From positions 32,001-96,000 of IMG/VR virus record IMGVR_UViG_3300037067_007633: a stretch of 64,000 nt of DNA. One strand, written 5' to 3'. A model generated the notes under the pieces. It was not told the origin of the DNA, did no database searches, and was given only the letters and a program-made list of their open reading frames with translations. Positions within the stretch are counted from its first letter, which is position 1, and each line of letters opens with the position of its first letter. Source of the DNA: a virus (taxonomy: Duplodnaviria > Caudoviricetes). This document shows positions 49,393-59,011 of this stretch, one piece after another. The position numbers and the translations under genes are program-made.

Positions 49393-52300
49393 TGACTACT
49401 GCTAGTGGATATCATCGTTTTGATTCTTCATTAACAGGACTATTAACTATTTATAGTCTTGGTGATAATGATCCAATTTATAAAAACGATTTGTGGTTTC
49501 AGTGTAATGGAATACCTTTGATGGATTCTTTTGATTTTCCAAGCGGATTTAATTATACTAATCCGTCAACTGGATTATGGAGGGTTGATTCTGGAGATTG
49601 GAAAGTTGTAAAACCTGGAAGTGGTGACGGTGATGGAGTTTTAAGAACCAGTGATGCTGGAGCTAGTATTTCTTTTTATAATAATTATCCTAGTCCCGGT
49701 TGTTTTTTTGGAACATGTGTTATTAGTTATGTAGACAATGATTTACCAACTAATGGAAGTAGTAGTTATGAAAGAACACTATTTAGTATTAATAATTTAG
49801 ATTGTAAATTATTAGGACACGATTTATATGCACAATATATAAATAAAAATAATAGTAATATATTAGAAGACCCAGAAGATGAGTCTACTTTGGTTGCAGC
49901 GTTGATTTCTAGAGATACTGGTGCTGCCATTGGTGTTGGTTTAGGATATTTAAGCCAAGGAATACTTTTAGAGTATCAACAATGGAATAGCGAAAGATCT
50001 TTTTTGACTATACGTACTATATCTGAATCACATTACTTTACTAATAATGTTAATTCATATAAAGAACCAGTACAAGAAAATTTTAATTTTGTAATTGGAG
50101 ATGGCTTTGTTCATCCTAGTGGATATTTTACTATTAAAGAAATAAAATATACAAAGCCTGCATATAATGGACAAAAATATAACCCAATATTTAATGATGG
50201 TTCTACATATAGTATACATAATTCTTATAGTGATAGTAAAATATATCGACCGATTAATTATAAAATTGGACCAAATTATGGATTATTAGACAGTGGAAAT
50301 AATATATCTGCTATTGAAGTTACTTTAGGCGGTTTTTCAGATGTTACTAATCCACACCCTGGATTAAAAGGGTTTTTTACTCACGGTGATTGGACGATAG
50401 TACCAACAATTATGGGAAATAGTACTGGACAATGTATAAAATTCGGTGAAGAAGAAGAACTTTCTGTAAGAATAGATCCTGTTTGTTCAATTAGCGGTGG
50501 AGTTGGTGCAGGAGGATTTTATTTTAATGGGACAGAGGGGGAAATGTCTTCCCACACTTATTCAGAAATACCTGGATGGCTTCCGTGTACTGGCATATAT
50601 ATGAATGTGAATTATATACAATCTGCTGTAGCGTTCGTTCTTAATTCAGATGGCACAGTAAAAAATGTTACCTTGCCGGTTTCAGGAGATATCGTTAGAG
50701 TTACACTAGTTTCCAGTGGGGATTGTTATTATAGTCACGGCGTATTATTAGATAGTGATACTAAAGAACAACTTACTTCAGTAGATGAATTGTTGATTGG
50801 AATGGTTGTTGTTCGCCCTGGTCGTGGTGGATGTACGGAAGAATGGGTTTTAGATTGTTATAATCCACCAGCTTATCCACACAAACTGGTTAGAAAAAAC
50901 TGTTGTAATCCTGTCGCTACTGGTAGGTGTGATGATGACTTATGTAACTATGGTTTTCCTGGAAGTATTGCGTATTATTCTTATTTTGGTAGTTATTTAG
51001 GAACACCTATTACTGATAGTATATACGCTTTTCCCGGATTAGCTGCTCAAGTTAATGGTACTCATATAGTTCCATTTAGTGGTTATAGTGTTGGTATATC
51101 TAGTTTATTAATAGCTAGCGGTCAATCCGACAATCAATTTTGTTGTATTCCTAATAATAGTTGTGTTGATCAACATATATATTTACACGTTTACTTACAA
51201 AATAATGTATCAAGTGCTACTGCAAATGTAAATACAGGAAGTATCTCAAGAAATATAGATGTCATATTAGATGCTACAAATACAGATTTGTCTTTTTTTG
51301 ACAATTCAATTTTTACTAATGTAAGTTTTTTTAAAACGTATAGTAGGACTGGACCATATTTAGAATTAACTGATAGTTCAAGAAATTCACCTGTTTATTT
51401 TACATTTGATGGTACTTCTGTTTCAATTCCATCTTTTAGATATATAACACCATCTAAAGAGGTAGAATTTCCCGCAGCAACAATTGAAATTCCATCTGGT
51501 GTTTTTGGATATAACAATATTCGATTTCAAATTTTTGGTATGGTAGATAAAGCAGAAGATGATTTTGGTATAATAAAGGGATTTTATACATCATTTTATA
51601 GTGAGGGTGGGCTTATGCCACCCAGTTCTTTAGTTCGTTTGGTTTCATTTGAACCAGATAGTTATGAAGCATTGTATGAAGAAACTGGTGGATATTTAGA
51701 GTGTTATCCAGATCCTTTGGTATCAGACGCTCTTTATACATCCCAATATATTGATGGATATGCTCATGGAACTTTTAGAGTTGGAACACCATATACTACT
51801 TTATCTAATGATAAATTGTCTATTTATGTTAGCGGATTAAAATATTATGACAAAAATAATATTTGGCATAAAAATTTGCCAACATGGTATGATATTCCAG
51901 TTAATCTAGCTACTGGTATTCATAAGGTTTATATGAATGAAGACAATGAATTTACAACGGGTTCAACTAATTCATATAATTTAAGTGTTGATAATAGTAG
52001 TTTCAACACTGAAGATCATATTGCTATTTGTGATTTAGTAATAAATGATAGAATAACTAATGTAAGTGGATTATGTATTACACTACAACCATATCAAGAT
52101 AAATTAAATTATAGATTTTTGAGTCCTATAGACGCCGCTAGATTCATAGTATTTAGTGGTTGTGGCATTCAGGATATATATTCTACACACACATATTCTT
52201 CAAATAGCAATTATCCTTATAATTTATTATATGAAAGTATTTCTGGAATTCCTATTACAGTATGGACTGGTTCCGGTAATAATGATAGTGTAAAATATTT

Positions 52301-53159
52301 TAATAGTTCGGTTTGGGATATTTCATACAATATAAGATCAACTGGTACATATTTTCATTGTGGATATAGAAAAAGATTATTAAATTATGATGGATCAATT
52401 AATAACACGTATGATTATTATGATACTAATTTAGTTAACGACCCAGCATCAAAAAGTATTATAGGTTTTCCTATTGCAACATGTTATTTATCTAACGGTA
52501 ATTTAAATGTTATTGATGACAGAGAACAGTGTAGTAATATTGAAATTTTTGGTATTCAATCTGGATTTCCAGATTGGGGTAATTTTAATCAAGTCTATAA
52601 AGATACATATCAAGGCGGTTATAGTAGATACTACGAATGGAATTTATTAGACATTTCATGTATTAGAAATTCTGGAGATATGGAATTTATTGTTGACTAT
52701 TCTAAACCAAGAACTGTTTCTGCTAATAAACGAGCTTCTCCATCTTATTATGATTATTGGGTTGAAAACAAAAAATATACAGAGTGTGATTTACCTAAAA
52801 AATTTACTATGCCAATACAAACTGGAGTTTATTCAATATACTATAATAATAGTGGAATAATGAATTTAATTTTTGGAGAAAATATTCCTCCGTCTAGTTT
52901 ATCAATGATTAAATTTGAATTTGTTAGAGAACGTAGTTCGTATCCTAGTTTAATTTATAATAATGATGCGTTTTATCCTTACATAGGATATTCTATTACT
53001 AATGAATATCAACCATTAGATAATTCTACTTTTAATAATTTACAATTGCGTAAAAAATATAATGCGGCGGCAGTAAGTCCTGGTGTAAGTCCAAATCGTT
53101 TTTTCCAATATTTACAAGGAACAAATCCAACATGTCAAGTGACGATAGTTCAAAATTAA
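49392..53159 (+). CDS. Large Cys/Tyr/SG-rich putative receptor-binding tail protein
   Basis: 1255 aa, beta-rich, translationally coupled to the tail tip gene. Confidence 0.5.
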   Translation: MTTASGYHRFDSSLTGLLTIYSLGDNDPIYKNDLWFQCNGIPLMDSFDFPSGFNYTNPSTGLWRVDSGDWKVVKPGSGDGDGVLRTSDAGASISFYNNYPSPGCFFGTCVISYVDNDLPTNGSSSYERTLFSINNLDCKLLGHDLYAQYINKNNSNILEDPEDESTLVAALISRDTGAAIGVGLGYLSQGILLEYQQWNSERSFLTIRTISESHYFTNNVNSYKEPVQENFNFVIGDGFVHPSGYFTIKEIKYTKPAYNGQKYNPIFNDGSTYSIHNSYSDSKIYRPINYKIGPNYGLLDSGNNISAIEVTLGGFSDVTNPHPGLKGFFTHGDWTIVPTIMGNSTGQCIKFGEEEELSVRIDPVCSISGGVGAGGFYFNGTEGEMSSHTYSEIPGWLPCTGIYMNVNYIQSAVAFVLNSDGTVKNVTLPVSGDIVRVTLVSSGDCYYSHGVLLDSDTKEQLTSVDELLIGMVVVRPGRGGCTEEWVLDCYNPPAYPHKLVRKNCCNPVATGRCDDDLCNYGFPGSIAYYSYFGSYLGTPITDSIYAFPGLAAQVNGTHIVPFSGYSVGISSLLIASGQSDNQFCCIPNNSCVDQHIYLHVYLQNNVSSATANVNTGSISRNIDVILDATNTDLSFFDNSIFTNVSFFKTYSRTGPYLELTDSSRNSPVYFTFDGTSVSIPSFRYITPSKEVEFPAATIEIPSGVFGYNNIRFQIFGMVDKAEDDFGIIKGFYTSFYSEGGLMPPSSLVRLVSFEPDSYEALYEETGGYLECYPDPLVSDALYTSQYIDGYAHGTFRVGTPYTTLSNDKLSIYVSGLKYYDKNNIWHKNLPTWYDIPVNLATGIHKVYMNEDNEFTTGSTNSYNLSVDNSSFNTEDHIAICDLVINDRITNVSGLCITLQPYQDKLNYRFLSPIDAARFIVFSGCGIQDIYSTHTYSSNSNYPYNLLYESISGIPITVWTGSGNNDSVKYFNSSVWDISYNIRSTGTYFHCGYRKRLLNYDGSINNTYDYYDTNLVNDPASKSIIGFPIATCYLSNGNLNVIDDREQCSNIEIFGIQSGFPDWGNFNQVYKDTYQGGYSRYYEWNLLDISCIRNSGDMEFIVDYSKPRTVSANKRASPSYYDYWVENKKYTECDLPKKFTMPIQTGVYSIYYNNSGIMNLIFGENIPPSSLSMIKFEFVRERSSYPSLIYNNDAFYPYIGYSITNEYQPLDNSTFNNLQLRKKYNAAAVSPGVSPNRFFQYLQGTNPTCQVTIVQN

Positions 53160-53512
53160 TACCAGATTGTATGGAACAGGTTGGTATTAATCAATATAAA
53201 TGTAAGAAATTAGGTTTTGTTATTCAGACTAATACTTTGCCTATTCACTGTACACTGTGCGGTTCGGTAAAAATGCCTAGTGTGTTAGATATGGCTAAAA
53301 ATGCTACTAAAGCCGCCGTTAATTTTGTTAAAGATGGATTTAAAAGAGTCACAGAAGAACAATACAAAGAAAGAATTGAACAGTGTAATAAAAACGAATG
53401 CGGTCAATTTGTAAATGGAAGGTGTGCTAAATGTGGGTGTTTTCTTACTTTAAAAGCTTGGGCACATAGCGAAGAATGCCCTTTAGGGTTTTGGAAAAAA
53501 TTAGAGAATTAA
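53132..53512 (+). CDS. Cys-rich protein (DUF6171-like C-terminus)
   Basis: RIEQC...C.....RCAKCGCF...KA......CPLGFW; true start may be 53171. Confidence 0.6.
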   Translation: MSSDDSSKLIPDCMEQVGINQYKCKKLGFVIQTNTLPIHCTLCGSVKMPSVLDMAKNATKAAVNFVKDGFKRVTEEQYKERIEQCNKNECGQFVNGRCAKCGCFLTLKAWAHSEECPLGFWKKLEN

Positions 53513-53517
53513 AAGAT

Positions 53518-53525
53518 GGTGTATA
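53518..53525 (+). promoter_or_regulatory. GGTGTATA putative late promoter
   Basis: Intergenic before ORF 53568. Confidence 0.55.
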
Positions 53526-53567
53526 TGTTATTGGAAGATATAATATAAATAGGAGATTAAAAATATA

Positions 53568-54212
53568 ATGACCGCACAAGTTAATTTTTACGCTAATCCA
53601 AATTCAGATTCTTTTAATTTAAAAATTAGTGGGTCTGGACTAGGTTTTTATGGAAATGCTGGTTTTGGTGCTGCTGTAGCGGTTGGTTCTTGGAATGAAA
53701 GGACATATATTACCGATCCTAACGGTGTTGTGCAGGGTGCAGAAGCCCAAAATGTTAAATGGGTGCATCCAAACAGTGGAGTATTAGGGCAGACCGGAAG
53801 CGGAATTTCCCTTCTTAATATTCCCAATTATCAATCAACCCTAGAAATAAGATTTACTAATGATGCCGCTGTACAAGTTGAAAATGCAACCGTTTATATC
53901 TATGATAGATATAATATAGCAAACCCCGCTTCTGGGGTGACGTGTAAAGTGGCAGAAATACTACATCCCTCAATATTGCAAACGGATGTAGGTTCGGGGG
54001 ATTCTAGTTGGATTACATCAACTTTGGATGGTGCGGTTGTTCCCATTTCGTTAGCTAATTCTCCTGGTGTTAGTGGGTTTTATGCCGGAAGTGGAAATAG
54101 TTCTACAGAATCTAGTCTTGAGCATTCTTGGTATTGTGCAATTTCTTGTAGTCCAGACAGTGTAGGATCTAAAACTAATTTTGGTTTATATTTTAGTTGC
54201 GAATATTTATAA
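53568..54212 (+). CDS. Putative virion protein (SG-rich)
   Basis: AGGAG SD, late motif upstream, beta-rich composition. Confidence 0.6.
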   Translation: MTAQVNFYANPNSDSFNLKISGSGLGFYGNAGFGAAVAVGSWNERTYITDPNGVVQGAEAQNVKWVHPNSGVLGQTGSGISLLNIPNYQSTLEIRFTNDAAVQVENATVYIYDRYNIANPASGVTCKVAEILHPSILQTDVGSGDSSWITSTLDGAVVPISLANSPGVSGFYAGSGNSSTESSLEHSWYCAISCSPDSVGSKTNFGLYFSCEYL

Positions 54213-54893
54213 TAAGTCTTTTAAGTTGTTATTACCACGTTTTGGTATAACTGTTAATATTTCTTCGTTGGTTAGATTAGATTTTTTTATTATACGATAA
54301 TATAAAGTATGATAATTTTTAATTTTGCATCTTATATCTCTAGTCCATTCAGCAACAGTTTTAGTATCTCCAAAAGCTGTTATTAATTTATTATTATTTT
54401 TATTATTTGCTTGTATATAAGTATCTACAAGTCTACAATTAGATGGTTCATAATTACCATTATTATCTATACGATCAATTGTTAAATTCTTATTAAAATT
54501 ATTTTGTATTGCCCATTCATAAAAATTTTGAAAACTATCTTTCCATTCTTTACAAACTATAATATTTTTATACGTTCTACTTCTTAGTGTTGATGGTTTA
54601 TTACATCTATTATTCATTTCACGCCATCTTTGATATAACATTGTCCTATATGGCATTTTATTTCTAGGTTTACTTCCTATCCTTTTCCCGCTTTCTATTC
54701 TTAAACATCCACAACTTTTCGTTTGACTTGTTCTAATATTTCTATATAAAACTTTTATTTTATTTCCACACGCACAATTACAAAACACAAAATAAACACT
54801 TCCAGTTCTTTTATTAATATGTATTAATTCATAAGATTCTATCGTTAGTCTTTCAAAAATTTCTCCAATTTTTGGTATATATTTACGTTTCAC
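54207..54893 (-). CDS. HNH homing-type endonuclease
   Basis: CNCACG, TKSCGC, W.EM..RC, LTIDRIDNNGNYEPSNCR. Confidence 0.85.
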   Translation of the reverse strand: MKRKYIPKIGEIFERLTIESYELIHINKRTGSVYFVFCNCACGNKIKVLYRNIRTSQTKSCGCLRIESGKRIGSKPRNKMPYRTMLYQRWREMNNRCNKPSTLRSRTYKNIIVCKEWKDSFQNFYEWAIQNNFNKNLTIDRIDNNGNYEPSNCRLVDTYIQANNKNNNKLITAFGDTKTVAEWTRDIRCKIKNYHTLYYRIIKKSNLTNEEILTVIPKRGNNNLKDLL

Positions 54894-55240
54894 TACTCAT
54901 TTACTCCCTTTTCTTTATTCCATTTTAACCAACCTTTATTATTTAACCATTTTGTCTTTCCATCTTCACCTTCCTCCCTACGTTTGGGGAATAATGTATC
55001 GCCCTTTTTGTGGCATCCAAAAGATAATCGAGCACCACATTTTTGGCAAACTAATTCGTAGAATTTATCCTCATCCTTATTTTCACGTACTACAAATTTT
55101 ATGTCATTAGACTTACATTTATCACAACACTTTTCGCCAAAAACCTCTTGTGCTTCTGCTAAAGCCTTAAAAACATCCTTTTGATTTCTTTCTTCAATTT
55201 CAATTAATAGCTCTGGACGTACACGAAATGATATTTTCAT
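54893..55240 (-). CDS. Zn-ribbon protein
   Basis: CDKC...FYELVCQKCGA.LSFG...LFPKR. Confidence 0.65.
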   Translation of the reverse strand: MKISFRVRPELLIEIEERNQKDVFKALAEAQEVFGEKCCDKCKSNDIKFVVRENKDEDKFYELVCQKCGARLSFGCHKKGDTLFPKRREEGEDGKTKWLNNKGWLKWNKEKGVNE

Positions 55241-55241
55241 T

Positions 55242-55787
55242 TTAATTCTTCCTTCTTAAAAAATCTTGTTTAGTAAATTTACCGCTCGCGTATCTTTCTG
55301 ATAACTTCTCAAAATTTCTTTGTTTAACTTCTTCAATATTAATACAATATGTGTGACAAACATATAGTAATGCCACTAGAACTTTTGATAATTGATATTT
55401 TAGTGTTTCAACACATAAATCTTTTCCGTGATATAAATGTTTTTTAATAGTTTCGCAAACTTTACCAATATTAATAACTAATTGTTTTGTTGCTATAGTT
55501 GGTTGAAGTAAATTTTTATCAAATAACACATTATCATCTATGTCAAATAAATCGTTGATTTGTATTTCTAATACTACACATCCAAAAGTAATATACCACA
55601 ATACATCCCCCAACTCCTTTATTAACTTATCCTTATCATAAAATGTTAATACTTCAAATACTTCTCCAACCTCTCCAGCTAAGCCAAGTCCTAATGTAGA
55701 TAACTTAGACTGTTCATCTTTAAGAGATAATGGGGAAATTAGATTTTTAACGAAATTTTGATAATCTATATCGTTGATGTACGCCAT
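55242..55787 (-). CDS. MazG-like nucleotide pyrophosphohydrolase
   Basis: LGLAGEVGEV, KELGDVLWY, N.EKLSERY. Confidence 0.85.
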   Translation of the reverse strand: MAYINDIDYQNFVKNLISPLSLKDEQSKLSTLGLGLAGEVGEVFEVLTFYDKDKLIKELGDVLWYITFGCVVLEIQINDLFDIDDNVLFDKNLLQPTIATKQLVINIGKVCETIKKHLYHGKDLCVETLKYQLSKVLVALLYVCHTYCINIEEVKQRNFEKLSERYASGKFTKQDFLRRKN

Positions 55788-56545
55788 GATGCGTCATAAT
55801 CTCCTAATGTGGCATGTTTTTCACGTATTTTTTGTTGTATTTCATTTAAATATTTAATTAATTTAAAAGATACTGAACTAGGAACTTTTTCAATATTATC
55901 ATACTTAGTTTTTCCAATATTAATTAGATCAATTACACTTACATTACATCGTTGGCACATTATATCTAAAAGATTAGCCTGTTCCTCCGTTATTAATTCA
56001 TCTATTTCTAAATTTTCATTATGAACTGTTTCAGCTTTATTTTTTTCAATAACGGATTTATCAACAATTTCTTCTGCCGCAACAACCTTGTGAAGTCTAA
56101 GAATTTTACGTAAAGCCCTAGCTTCCGCTCGGGTTTCCGCTGTTGCCGTTTGATGCAAGCTAAATGGCGACTCTACGTTATATTCTCCACAATCCGCCGA
56201 AGCGTCTTCCGATATAGAGTTAATTTCTCTACAATTAAATAGGGAAATTCCATCATTGACGTGGAAAACTATGGTGACTGAAACAGTGGCAATTCCATGT
56301 TTATCTTTAGGGGCTTGAATTATGTGGGTGGATTTTCTAATAATTGGACCTATTAAATACTCGGCAATTCGTCGTAAACCGTCGCGAGTTGGATTATCTC
56401 CAAACTTATCATTATCGCCTAAAAGTGATAATACATAGTCGCTCCATTCTTTATCATATACTTTTGGAGTTTGTATTTCTTCAGATACTTCTCTATCAGA
56501 TTTTTCATCCTCGTCTGGTGTTACTACAAAATCATCATCTAACAT
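55766..56545 (-). CDS. Putative Rad52/Sak-like ssDNA annealing protein
   Basis: ATAETRAEARALRKIL...AAEE plus C-terminal ITEEQ helix. Confidence 0.45.
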   Translation of the reverse strand: MLDDDFVVTPDEDEKSDREVSEEIQTPKVYDKEWSDYVLSLLGDNDKFGDNPTRDGLRRIAEYLIGPIIRKSTHIIQAPKDKHGIATVSVTIVFHVNDGISLFNCREINSISEDASADCGEYNVESPFSLHQTATAETRAEARALRKILRLHKVVAAEEIVDKSVIEKNKAETVHNENLEIDELITEEQANLLDIMCQRCNVSVIDLINIGKTKYDNIEKVPSSVSFKLIKYLNEIQQKIREKHATLGDYDASWRTSTI

Positions 56546-56562
56546 ATTTAATTTACCTTTCT

Positions 56563-57333
56563 TTATATTTCAATTTCTATTAATCGTTTTTCTAATGGTG
56601 GAAAATTTGAAAATATATCTTTTAACATTGTTAATACTTTTTGTGATATCATTTTCATTCTAATTTTTGATATTGATTTGGTGACTTGCTTAACTCTAAT
56701 AATGACAAATCCGGCAGATAATATTAGACCGTTTTTATCCATATCCGCCCTAATAGTTTTTTGTAAAGCTTCTTCCCCCCAAATTGGTAAAAAATGAGAG
56801 GGACCATCTATTTCAATTATAGTTAAGTGTTCTGGTAAAAATAGATCTAAATGAAGTTTGTGATTTGCTATCAAATTATCTTTATGATATTCTACATTTA
56901 TTTTTTCATTTGTCAAGTATTTATAAATATATTTTTCTAACTTTGATCCTTCTTTAGAACTTCTGTGTATACCTTCTGTAGATGCTTTGTTAAATTTTTC
57001 CTTTTCCGTTTCAGATCTATTATTCCAATTTTCTCTTGCTGTTTCCGACTTTTTTTTCTTATCTTCTTTCGACATATTATTCCACTTATTTACTAATTTA
57101 ATAGCAATCTTATCTTTAATTTCTTGACTTCGTTTTTTACCTTCTGTTGGATGTTTAGCTCTACCACTTTGAATTGCTATTTCGTGGGCATCAGATTTAT
57201 TTCTAGGAATTACTCCATTAGCAATAGCTATTCTACGTATAGCATTTGGAAATGTTCCTAGCTCATCAGCTATACTCTTAAAGCTTCTTTTTTTATTAAC
57301 ATATTGTTCTACTACGTATATAGAGTCTATCAT
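56563..57333 (-). CDS. NUMOD3 plus Vsr/DUF559-like endonuclease
   Basis: GKKRSQEIKDKI; LDLFLP...IIEIDGPSH. Confidence 0.7.
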   Translation of the reverse strand: MIDSIYVVEQYVNKKRSFKSIADELGTFPNAIRRIAIANGVIPRNKSDAHEIAIQSGRAKHPTEGKKRSQEIKDKIAIKLVNKWNNMSKEDKKKKSETARENWNNRSETEKEKFNKASTEGIHRSSKEGSKLEKYIYKYLTNEKINVEYHKDNLIANHKLHLDLFLPEHLTIIEIDGPSHFLPIWGEEALQKTIRADMDKNGLILSAGFVIIRVKQVTKSISKIRMKMISQKVLTMLKDIFSNFPPLEKRLIEIEI

Positions 57334-57791
57334 AATGATATCACTTTTTGTAATGTTTTTATATCAAATTCTGGAACTATTCCAGCTACTTTATTGTTGA
57401 AATTGTTCTCTATTAATTTTGCGTGATTTTCACATCTTGCAATAATTTTTATATCTTTATTATTATATACCTTATTATATATATCAAAAATTCTTTGTTG
57501 ACCTCTTAACCATTCAACATCCCAAACATAGAAGAATTTTTTAGACGGTCCTGGAAATTCAATTAATTTCAAAGTCGTATTAATATCTGTAGAAATAGTA
57601 ATACCATGTTGTGCCCAAGCTTCAAATATTTGGAACATTGGGAAAATAGGTGGAATTAGAAATCTTGTTATATTTTCATAGAATATAATTACATCTAAAT
57701 TTGATTGTCTTGTTGACAAAGATCTAGTTAGAGAATATGTGAATTGATCTGGTCCAAGATAATTTACTAATATGTTTAGTTGTTGTTGCAT
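57330..57791 (-). CDS. Glycosyltransferase-like small protein
   Basis: KFFYVWDVEW motif; located in the sugar cluster. Confidence 0.4.
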   Translation of the reverse strand: MQQQLNILVNYLGPDQFTYSLTRSLSTRQSNLDVIIFYENITRFLIPPIFPMFQIFEAWAQHGITISTDINTTLKLIEFPGPSKKFFYVWDVEWLRGQQRIFDIYNKVYNNKDIKIIARCENHAKLIENNFNNKVAGIVPEFDIKTLQKVISL

Positions 57792-58678
57792 AATATTTCG
57801 TCTATTGCTTTCTCTATAGCTTGTTGACTATTTAAATAGGGAATAAAATATGGATGTTTGATTAATATATTTGGATTATCTCCAGAAAAATTTGTTCCCG
57901 TCCATAACTTTTCTTTTTTAATATCACATTTTTCCATTACTATATCGGCTATTTTGTCTATACTAATATTATCTTTTGGAGCTATATCGGCTGTTGTTGA
58001 GAAGTTTAGTTTTTCTATTGAATAAATTATATTATCAATTACATCATCTACGTGTATATATGGCTTTATACTTCCAGGTTTATTTCCTAGTATTGGAAAT
58101 GTTGGATTTTTATTTTGTGCTTTAATTATAAAATCTTTTAATACCCCATGAGTTAAACCCGTTCCAACCATTGCACAAAAGCGTAGATTGATATTAATTA
58201 GTCGTTTTTGATAAGCATATACATTTAATATTTTTTCCCCAGCTAATTTACTAGCTCCATATAAAGATGTTGGTTCTTCTTTTAGTGCGGGTTTACCATC
58301 AGCACACGTATCACCATATACAACTATACTTGAAAGAAAAATAAACTTACAGCCCTTCGGACAATAATGGGCTAAATAATGGGTTCCGCAGATATTGATA
58401 TGGGAAAAATCTGTCCATCTATTTTCATCTATATTTGGACTTGATAAAGCTGCTGTATGAATAATTACATCTGGTTTAAATTGTTTAAAAAGACCAATTA
58501 CACTAGGCATATAAGAGATGTCACAAGTCGATTTAATAACTTTATTATAAACAACTTCGTTGTTTTGTGTAGCTGTATCTATTGCATATATTTCAGATAT
58601 ATTATTTTGTTGATCTAATTTTTTAAGTAGATGTTTTCCTAGAAATCCACCACTTCCTATAACCATTATTTTAGTCAT
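57776..58678 (-). CDS. NAD-dependent epimerase/dehydratase
   Basis: GSGGFLG, SSIVVYG, YGASK. Confidence 0.9.
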   Translation of the reverse strand: MTKIMVIGSGGFLGKHLLKKLDQQNNISEIYAIDTATQNNEVVYNKVIKSTCDISYMPSVIGLFKQFKPDVIIHTAALSSPNIDENRWTDFSHINICGTHYLAHYCPKGCKFIFLSSIVVYGDTCADGKPALKEEPTSLYGASKLAGEKILNVYAYQKRLININLRFCAMVGTGLTHGVLKDFIIKAQNKNPTFPILGNKPGSIKPYIHVDDVIDNIIYSIEKLNFSTTADIAPKDNISIDKIADIVMEKCDIKKEKLWTGTNFSGDNPNILIKHPYFIPYLNSQQAIEKAIDEILCNNN

Positions 58679-58818
58679 GTATGATCCTCGATTACTTGAA
58701 GTACAACTAGACCAATCCCTATTTCTCCCATTACTACTGGTATCATATATCTAATATCTGTAATTCCACATATAGCCCCTGATAAACAAACTAATACTGT
58801 TCCAATTATATTATACAT
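58675..58818 (-). CDS. Small membrane protein, 47 aa
   Basis: Translated by hand; hydrophobic; ATGA overlap. Confidence 0.5.
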   Translation of the reverse strand: MYNIIGTVLVCLSGAICGITDIRYMIPVVMGEIGIGLVVLQVIEDHT

Positions 58819-58827
58819 AATATTTTC

Positions 58828-59010
58828 CTATTTAATTTTTCTTTTTCCGCACTTAGAACATCTTTGAATAAATGATCCTTCGCGAATAAGAATGTGAGTT
58901 GGTGGTGGCGGTTTTTTACCATTACTTTCTTGTGATGTCATAGGTTTTTTATAATATTCACAATCGCATGGAATATTTTGATTATCTTTTGATTTTTTAC
59001 TCTCTGTCAT
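58828..59010 (-). CDS. Small Zn-ribbon-like protein
   Basis: CDC...CSKCG. Confidence 0.5.
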   Translation of the reverse strand: MTESKKSKDNQNIPCDCEYYKKPMTSQESNGKKPPPPTHILIREGSFIQRCSKCGKRKIK

Positions 59011-59011
59011 T

